A stretch of DNA of 63,847 nt, counting the filler, from Craspedostauros australis (lineage: Eukaryota): assembly GCA_030167865.1 (NCBI GenBank). It is 10 parts of 10 records of this genome, joined end to end, with 100 filler letters (N's around TTAATTAATTAA, not from the genome) between each part and the next. Parts side by side here need not be neighbours in the genome. Positions count along the whole stretch, not along the records: positions 55,596 to 58,105 come from JALAGF010006076.1; positions 58,206 to 60,772 come from JALAGF010006077.1; positions 60,873 to 63,847 come from JALAGF010006078.1; 7 more parts are not named here. The stretch is one strand, 5' to 3'. The translations under genes were made by a program, and so were the position numbers. The notes below the pieces were generated by a model. That model made no database searches. It was not told the DNA's origin and worked only from the letters and a program-made list of their open reading frames with translations. Shown here piece after piece: positions 55,596-63,847 of this stretch. Numbering within the stretch: position 1 is the stretch's first letter; every line of letters begins with the position of its first letter.

Positions 55596-58105
55596 GGAAG
55601 ATTATCGGCGAGATGCCGGTATGTCGCGACTGCGCGGTCGCGAACGCAAGAGTGAAGAACATTCCGAAGGCAACCATTCTGAGAGCGACTCGCCGCGGCG
55701 AACGGCTCTTCATTGACATTAGTTACACTAAACACATAAGCTTCGGAGATAAACGCTACTGGACCCTGATCGTGGACGACTGCACTGATCACTGCTGGAG
55801 TTTCTTTCTCAAGAACAAAAGTGATCAACCAGGATACATCAAACGATTCATCCAGACGATCAAGTCACAGACTGGTGANNNNNNNNNNNNNNNNNNAGGT
55901 GACAACAGCGGAGAGAACAAATCCACGCAGGATATTCTCATCGATGCAGGCCTCAACGTGAAATTCGAATACACGGCATCGAACACGCCGCAACAGAACA
56001 AAAGAGTAGAACGCAAGTTCGCGTACCTCTACACCAAGATCCGTTCTATGCGCAACGGAGCACAGCTCGACGAAGAGTTTAGGCATGGCCTGTGGGCAGC
56101 AGCTGCTAGCACTGCCACCGCCATCGCCAATATCACTGTAGCAAAGAACCAGAAGGAGTCACCGCATCGACAGTTCTTCGGTAACGATCCACCATATGCG
56201 GATACACTCCGCACTTTCGGAGAGGTAGGTGTTGTGAAGACTACCTACGGCNNNNNNNNNNNNNNNNNNNNNNNNNNNNNNNNNNNNNNNNNNNNNNNNN
56301 NGTCACCACATCGACAATTCTTCGGCAACGATCCACCATATGCGGATGCACTCCGCACATTTGGAGAGGTAGGTGTTGTGAAGACTGCCTATGGCGGGAT
56401 CACCGCCAAACTCAAGAACAGAGGAGAAGAGATGGTGTTCATCGGATATGCACACCAACATGCATCAGGGGTCTACAACATGTACAGACCATNNNNNNNN
56501 NNNNNNNNNNNNNNNNNNNNNNNNNNNNNNNNNNNNNNNNNNTACGGACAGTTCCGTGGCTGGGCACCAGCACCGAACATATCCAATGAAACAGGAACAA
56601 CGGACGCAGACGGCTTCACAACCATCGGACGGAAGGGAGCAACGCCAAGAACGGCAACGAGTCAAACATCAGAAGCGAAGAGAGTATCTTTCGCTGACAG
56701 TAATAGATACTACATCCTATCAGACAGCGATGATGAGGATAATGAGGACGAGGAAGTAGTGACCCAACTAATCCAGAATGACGAGGAAGATCGAAGCGAA
56801 TCCAATCATGAGGATGACGAAATCCTACCCTCTGGCGACGAAGCCGATGACGAGACAGGTGTCACCCCTCNNNNNNNNNNNNNNNNNNNNNNNNNNNNNN
56901 NNNNNNNNNNNNNNNNNNNNAAGTTCGCGTACCTCTACACCAAGATCCGCTCCATGCTCAACGGAGCACAGCTCGACGAAGAGTATAGGCATGGCCTGTG
57001 GGCAACAGCTGCTAGCACTGCCACCGCCATCGCCAACATCACCGTAGCGAAGAACCAGAAGGAGTCACCACATCGACAATTCTTCGGCAATGATCCACCA
57101 TACGCGGATGCACTCCGCACATTTGGAGAGGTAGGTGTTGTGAAGACCACCTACGGCGGGATCACCGCCAAACTCAAGAACAGAGGAGAAGAGATGGTGT
57201 TCATCGGATATGCACACCAACANGCATCAGGNGTCTACAACATGTACAGACCATCGACCAAGTCACTCATCTGTTCACGAGACATCAAGTGGCTCAACCA
57301 ATCATACGGACAGTTCCGTGGCTGGGCACCAGCACCGAACATATCCAATGAAACAGAAACAACGGACGCAGACGGCTTCACAACCATCGGACGGAAGGGA
57401 GCAACGCCAAGGACGGCAACGCGTCAAATATCAGAAGCGAAGAGAGTATCTTTCGCTGACAGCAATAGATACTACATCCTATCAGACAGCGATGATGAGG
57501 ATGATGAGGACGACGGAGTAATGACTCAACTAATCCAGAATGACGAGGAAGATCGGAGCGAATCCAATCATGAGGATGACGAAATCCTACCCTCCGGCGA
57601 CGAAGCCGATGACGAGACAGGTGTCACCCCTCCGAATACACCAGCGAGATCTACACATGACACACCATCCAGATCTCCACCAAGCAAACCAAACAAGCGT
57701 GACGTAGCTAGAAAGGAGAGGATCCGACGTCACGAAGCACGAGGCAGGAAGGGAGAAGCTAATCCCAAGTCAACTGCAGGGAAGAGCATTCCCAGAGCTC
57801 TGCGCGAGCTCGCAGACTTCAACGAACGAGGTCGAAAGGAAGAAGGCTANGNGAGNGATCCATCATCCAACGAGGAGAGTGACGAACTCAGCGACGAGAT
57901 GATCGACGACTCCAACAACGAAACTACAGATGATGAAGAAATTGAAGACAAAGATGAAGAGATCGAGATCACTCATCATAGCACAACAGGACTATACGGA
58001 ATGAATGCAATCATTACCGAGTCACCAGCGATCGACATCGGACTGTCGATGCAGGACGAGAACAAGGATCCAGAGAAGCACATCGAACCTACAACGTTCG
58101 ACGGA
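55596..58105 (+). mobile_element. Classical Ty1/Copia integrase-region fragments (collapsed multi-copy assembly)
   Basis: CRDC, RLFIDI, IVDDCT, DNSGEN, TPQQNKRVER, LRTFG, KLKNRGEEMVFIGY, SRDIKW, EPTTF; segments repeat across 50-N gaps. Confidence 0.85.
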
Positions 58106-58267
58106 NNNNNNNNNNNNNNNNNNNNNNNNNNNNNNNNNNNNNNNNNNNNTTAATTAATTAANNNNNNNNNNNNNNNNNNNNNNNNNNNNNNNNNNNNNNN
58201 NNNNNCGTATCACGACTCATCCCCCACAAAACTCCACAACTAGTGTTATCGCGGTGACGCACAGCCA

Positions 58268-60772
58268 TCACAAAATGTCCGTCTCATCATCCAACACAGC
58301 CTCACTTTCTGTGTTGGCCTTCATTGTGTGAGCATCACACCACCTCTGATTCTCCAATTGCTCTTCTTCTCTCTGCAACTCCTCTTCTCTCTGCTCTTCC
58401 TCTGTTTTCGCTGGTGCATTGTGGATTGCCACAATTGCNGATGCTGCTGTTGCTTTGTTTGTTGTGTTGGTTTCTGTCTTGGTGAGCACAGCCTCCTGGT
58501 TTTGTTTGCGTTGCTTGGCACTGTACGCTGCAAACAGCGACGCTTTCACGCGCATGGGATTTGCATGCAGTTGTACGTACCAGTCAGTTTTGGTTCGTTC
58601 GTTGCCCATCAATTGCTCGTGTGCTTCGTGTTCGGACAGTCTGTTTTTCGGGTCCTTCGCGGACGCTGCGCAGATGTCCTTCAATTTGTCCGCGATGTGG
58701 TCTGGTAGTTTGGCGTTGGTCCGTGTTGTTTTGCTCGCCCAGCCTGGCACTGCGAGTGGTGGGTGTTCGGTTTCTGCGGTCTGGTCTTGTAGTACTGTGG
58801 TGTGATTGGATGGTAGATGTTGTTGTCCATCTTGGAGGGCTTTGCCGATCGTGAACGCCTTGCTCTCTGTTGCTGTACGCCCCATTTTGCGTGTCTTGTC
58901 CGTCTTCCTGAATGATTCGGACGTAGTTGCCGGCTTGACGGACGTGAATGTTTTGTCCGCGATGACGCCCGACTCGTTGATGATCCACCCTTCCCATTCA
59001 TCGCTCTTGACCACGACGTCTTCGGTGATTCCAGATGCAGCCACCAACCGCACCTGGTCATCATTGTACTTCACCTCGTGAGTCATACGTACCTGTTGTC
59101 CAGATGCGCGGAATCGTCGTTTTGGTGCGCCTGGAAGCGTCGTGATGTTGCCTTCGAGGGTCTCTGCGTTGACAAGCACCGTTGTCGTACCTGCGATGTT
59201 ACCGGCTTGGAGCGCGAGGAAGACTTGGAACGGGATCTTGATGTCCTTGCCACATTGCACGTATTTTCGCAGTACACGTGTGATGTACGCGAAGTGGGTG
59301 TCCAGCATGCTCTTACCGGTTTGGGCCTCTGTGTAGATCCACGCGATGATTTTAGCTGCTTTTCGTGTCGCAAGGTTCTTGTTGAGTACCGATGTGATGA
59401 GCGCGATGTGCTCGTGACTGGCAAAGCAACACACGTTGTCGCTCTGTAGGATGATTTCAGTCACGGATGGGTGAATGTCTTTGACCTTTTGTTGCACAAT
59501 GTCAAGTAGTCCGCCAACTTGAAGAGTGTCTTGAGTCGGTCTTCCGCCGACCACAATGTCGATGAACCGATAAGTAAAAATGTCATTGCGACACGTGATG
59601 ACCATTGCCCCAAGCAGTGACATTCCCTTCTTCCCCCAATATTCTTGTTGGGCTTTGCCTTGGCCTGTCGGTAGAATTTTTTGCTTATGGTCGAGTACCA
59701 CATAGGCTCTTTCAGGCTTGTCATTGAGTGTGGTTTGATAAAATTTGATTTGTTGGAATTGAACTTTCGCACGCACTTTGTGAGCCATGTATTTAACGAT
59801 TTCATTGGCAAATCCTGGCGCCGCCGCAAGCATTGATTGCAATTCGTCTTTGTGTTCTGCGAGTTCGTTGTCCTTAAGCATTTTGACAAAAGGGACAAAA
59901 CGATCATTCACAAATCGCATTGCTGCACCACAACAGTTGCATACTTTACGTGGTTGTTCGTTTGTTGTGACCACAGGAGTGTCATTCGTGGCGGTGGGAG
60001 TGTCGTTTGTGACAGAGGTGGTTTTCTTGCGCTTGTGCTTGTTGGTGCGTGGTTTGCGTTGATTGGTTGATGTGGTTGTTGCCTTCTTCTTCTCCTTTTT
60101 GGTGGTGAGAGCGAACGCGGCCGAGTGCATTGGATCGTCACACTGAAGCTGCATGTGGGANNNNNNNNNNNNNNNNNNNNNNNNNNNNNNNNNNNNNNNN
60201 NNNNNNNNNNNNNNNNNNNNNNNNNNNNNNNNNNNNNNNNNNNNNNNNNNNNNATGCTGTGCGATGACGTCACTGGGATCATCATTGTCGTGGTAGCTTT
60301 CGTCATTGGCATCCACAGCATCATCGTTTTCCTCCTCTCCGTCTGCTTCATACTTAGCCTTGAGTAGCTCTACTAGGCGCGAAATTGCCTGTTTCAGTTT
60401 CTCCGTCGCCATCCAGAAGTAGCTTTCGAAGGAAGAGAGGCCTGTCTTGATCTTGCTTTTGCGTGTGAGTAGGTTAGTAATGGTGGTGAAGGCGGGCCTT
60501 CCCACTGGGTTGTTAGTCGTTGACGAGTACATGCCGAATAAGTCTCGGATGGTGGTGCTTCCACGATCGAACACCGGGACATTTTCAAATTGGACACCAC
60601 CATACTTTACCGTGTGACTCAACCCTGCCTTGTACGTAGTCATGTTCATGAGGAAGGACACCACACCAGAGAGATTGCAGGCACCCATACGGTACTGAAG
60701 AACTCGCGCAGGTACGATTTCGCCGTGACTCAACTTGTCGAAGTAGCGACGCAAGGTGCTTGCCTGGCTTTG
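58268..60772 (-). CDS. Sola3-like DDD transposase, 5'-truncated
   Basis: VVLDHKQKILP..QQEYWGKKGMS, ILQSDNVCCF, TEAQTGKSMLDTHF and an upstream CNCC motif; the family is recalled from motif pattern, not searched. Confidence 0.6.
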   Translation of the reverse strand, partial: QSQASTLRRYFDKLSHGEIVPARVLQYRMGACNLSGVVSFLMNMTTYKAGLSHTVKYGGVQFENVPVFDRGSTTIRDLFGMYSSTTNNPVGRPAFTTITNLLTRKSKIKTGLSSFESYFWMATEKLKQAISRLVELLKAKYEADGEEENDDAVDANDESYHDNDDPSDVIAQHXXXXXXXXXXXXXXXXXXXXXXXXXXXXXXXSHMQLQCDDPMHSAAFALTTKKEKKKATTTSTNQRKPRTNKHKRKKTTSVTNDTPTATNDTPVVTTNEQPRKVCNCCGAAMRFVNDRFVPFVKMLKDNELAEHKDELQSMLAAAPGFANEIVKYMAHKVRAKVQFQQIKFYQTTLNDKPERAYVVLDHKQKILPTGQGKAQQEYWGKKGMSLLGAMVITCRNDIFTYRFIDIVVGGRPTQDTLQVGGLLDIVQQKVKDIHPSVTEIILQSDNVCCFASHEHIALITSVLNKNLATRKAAKIIAWIYTEAQTGKSMLDTHFAYITRVLRKYVQCGKDIKIPFQVFLALQAGNIAGTTTVLVNAETLEGNITTLPGAPKRRFRASGQQVRMTHEVKYNDDQVRLVAASGITEDVVVKSDEWEGWIINESGVIADKTFTSVKPATTSESFRKTDKTRKMGRTATESKAFTIGKALQDGQQHLPSNHTTVLQDQTAETEHPPLAVPGWASKTTRTNAKLPDHIADKLKDICAASAKDPKNRLSEHEAHEQLMGNERTKTDWYVQLHANPMRVKASLFAAYSAKQRKQNQEAVLTKTETNTTNKATAAXAIVAIHNAPAKTEEEQREEELQREEEQLENQRWCDAHTMKANTESEAVLDDETDIL

Positions 60773-60872
60773 NNNNNNNNNNNNNNNNNNNNNNNNNNNN
60801 NNNNNNNNNNNNNNNNTTAATTAATTAANNNNNNNNNNNNNNNNNNNNNNNNNNNNNNNNNNNNNNNNNNNN

Positions 60873-63847
60873 AGAGTCCACTTGCTCGATGCTCTTGCAT
60901 GCGCAGCACCATTGTCCTGATGCCATTCATCCGTCTCTATGGCTGTATGCTCTGCGCTACGCCTCTGAGATCCGAAGGAACGCTGCTCGAGAGGGAGGTA
61001 TATCGCCACTCCAGCGATTTGTACAGATCAAGGTCCAACCCTTGATGCAACACTTTCACACATTTGGATGCCCTGTATACATCCTCAAGGCTGCACTGCA
61101 ACAAAGATCCCAGGTTCCCAAGTGGAGCAGCCGCGCCAACATTGCCATCTTCCTTGGCATGTCAGCTGAACATGCGAGCAGCGTACCTATCGCTCAAGAT
61201 CGACACAGGGTACATTTCGCCACAGTTCCATCTGAACTTCGACAACAGGTTCCAAACAGTCAAGACCAACCCGCTAATGCGTCCTGGCGCATCACAGTGG
61301 CAGCGTCTCACGCACATTGACGAACCAGCCAAGCTCTCACAGCAGATGCGCTCCAAACGCATCACACGTGCTGTTCAGCACCAGCTTTCCGCAAGCACAC
61401 GTCCTCCTGGGACCACACATGCTGCACCTGACGCCAAGCCATTCCAGCTTGACATGCAGCACAAGTTGCAAAGCCTTCCGAGGCACAACCTTCCGAGGTC
61501 CAGCCCTCCGGGGCACAGCCTTCCGAGGCAACGTCTTCCAAGACAGCCAGCAAGCTCACCTTCAGAGGGAGCTACACCTACGCACGCCATCGCCACGCAG
61601 AACGCATCACGATCCGCTCCATCCGCAACAGAACGTGCAGACACCAACCAGCTTACACTCCAACTCCAATCATACCACACGCACACAGCTCGATCCTTCC
61701 ATGCATCCAACATCCTCAACATGAACTCCGGTGATCTGCACCCCATGTCATTCGCAGCAACGCTCGCAGATGATGACACCATGTACTGGGGGCAAATGCA
61801 GAAGCAGAACGACTGCGACAAATTCATCAAGGCAATGCACAAGGAGATCGAAGACCACCAGTCCAGACAGCATTGGGAGGTCGTGCAACGCAATCAAGTG
61901 CCAAAAGGGCACAAGATCCTGAAAGCCGTCTGGTCATTCAAACGCAAACGCAGACTTGCAACCGGCGAAATCTACAAGTGGAAAGCACGGCTATGCATGC
62001 ATGGAGGAGAGCAACAACATGGTGTCAACTACTGGGAAACATTCGCTCCAGTTGTCCAATGGTCCACCATCCAGACATTCCTCACTATGGCCGTCCAACG
62101 GCGCTGGCACACTCGCCAAATCGACTTCGTTCTGGCGTTCCCGCAAGCAGATGTGGAATGCGACATCTTCATGCAAGTACCTCAGGGGTGCAACGTGGAC
62201 GGAGACAGCAGGTCTCACGTTCTCAAGCTCAAGNNNNNNNNNNNNNNNNNNNNNNNNNNNNNNNNNNNNNNNNNNNNNNNNNNNNNNNNNNNNNNNNCTG
62301 ATGCAGCATGGATTCCGGCAAAGCCAAGTCGACGAATGTCTTCTCTACAAAGGCAACACATCCATTCTGCTGTACGTTGACAACGCCATCATCATTGGCC
62401 CACACAAACACGAGATCGATGACATCATCGAGCGCCTCAAGGCACGGTTTACGCTAACCGACGAAGGCAACATGAGTGAGTATCTGGGCGTTCACATCCA
62501 ACGCACTGACGACACCATCACACTCACACAACCGCAACTCATAGACCGAATCATATGAGCAGCCAAGATCGATCCTAATGCACCAGGACGAACCTATTCG
62601 ACGCCAGCCGTCAAACCGCTCCTACACAAAGACACCGGTGGCCCTGCTGCCACTCGACGATTCGATTATCGATTGGTTGTGGGGATGCTCAACTTCCTCA
62701 CACGATCGACGAGGCCTGACATCTGCTTCACAGTCCATCAATGCGCACGCTTCATGGCTCATCCAATGAAGTCACACAAAGATGCCATCGAATGGATTGT
62801 ACAATACCTCACTCACACATGGGATATGGAACTCCGCATCTCACCTACCCGATGACTCCATTCACTGCTATGCTGATGCAGACTTCGCAGGAGGCTTCAC
62901 ACAAGCCAACAACGACCCCAACATGGCAAAAAATCGTACCGGATACGTCGTCCTGTATGCAGGATTCCCCATCATATGGAACTCCAAGCTGCAAACAGAA
63001 GTCACACTCAGCACCACAGAAGCCAAGTACGTGGCTCTCAGCCAAGCTCTATGAGAGGTTATACCCATCATACACCTCATCAACAAAATGAAGCAGCACA
63101 TATCGTCATTTGACACTTCTCTGCCAACAGTTCACTGCACAGCATTTGAGGACAACTCCGGTGCCCTCGAACTCGCCAACGCACCCAGAATGCGTCCTCG
63201 TACCAANNNNNNNNNNNNNNNNNNNNNNNNNNNNNNNNNNNNNNNNNNNNNNNNNNAGCCAACAACGACCCCAACACGGCAAAAAGTCGCACTGGATACG
63301 TCGTCCTGTACGCAGGATTCCCCATCATATGGAACTCCAAGCTGCAGACAGAAGTTACGCTCAGCACCACCGACGCCGAGTATGTAGCTCTCAGCCAAGC
63401 TTTACGAGAGGTTATACCCATGATACACCTCATCAACGAAATGAAGCAACACATATCGTCATTCGACACTTNGCCACCAACAGTTCACTGCACAGCATTT
63501 GAGGACAACTCCGGTGCCCTCGAACTCGCCAACGCACCCAGAATGCGTCCTCGTACCAAGCACATCAATGTCAAATACCATCACTTCCGTGAAGCTGTCA
63601 GTAAAGGGCTCATCACCATCAAAAAGGTCGACACGTTGGACCAGATGGCTGACATATTCACCAAGCCCTTGGCACACCCACTATTTGAATCTCTGCGATT
63701 GCGATTATTGGGATGGTAAGCGCGGTCCGCCCGTGCCACCGACAAGAGGGAGTGTGCAGATTAAGTGCCAATTCCCGAATCTGGCCGAATCCGAACAATG
63801 AGTGTCGATGGACAGACGATACCGCACAAACCACGCGTAGGATCCAC
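60873..63847 (+). mobile_element. Degenerate CoDi-I-like Copia pol (INT C-term, RT, RH) with PPT and start of 3' LTR
   Basis: LWLYALR, FHTFGCP, WKARLCMHG, QIDFVLAFPQA, YADADFAG, RTKHINVKYH, MADIFTKPL; frameshifts; PPT AAGAGGGAG at 63744-63752 then TG. Confidence 0.9.

Overview
Eukaryotic, transposon-rich DNA, most likely from a diatom or related stramenopile (inferred from CoDi-type Copia elements, an Ambal-like LINE and intronless bacterial-type STAND ATPases). The window is not one locus. It is 10 contigs joined by an artificial 100-bp linker (N44-TTAATTAATTAA-N44), so adjacency across linkers means nothing. Host genes: two AAA_16/STAND ATPase paralogs, an EEP-family nuclease/phosphatase, a low-complexity protein, and a beta-propeller gene broken by insertions. 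Mobile DNA: piggyBac-like transposase fragments with a nested hAT-like end, four Ty1/Copia elements or fragments, a near-complete APE-RT-RNaseH LINE plus a 5'-truncated relative, a Harbinger/DDE_Tnp_4 transposase, a Sola3-like transposase and three solo-LTR-like insertions. Most interesting: (1) a ~10-kb Copia-type element with non-canonical TA-type LTR ends, a primer-binding site matching the anticodon arm of tRNA-Asn (half-tRNA priming), no detectable integrase and an extra sense ORF; (2) a possible four-gene Harbinger-type transposon; (3) stop/restart junctions sharing ATGATAGGC in two unrelated retroelements. All family assignments come from motif recognition by eye; no searches were run.
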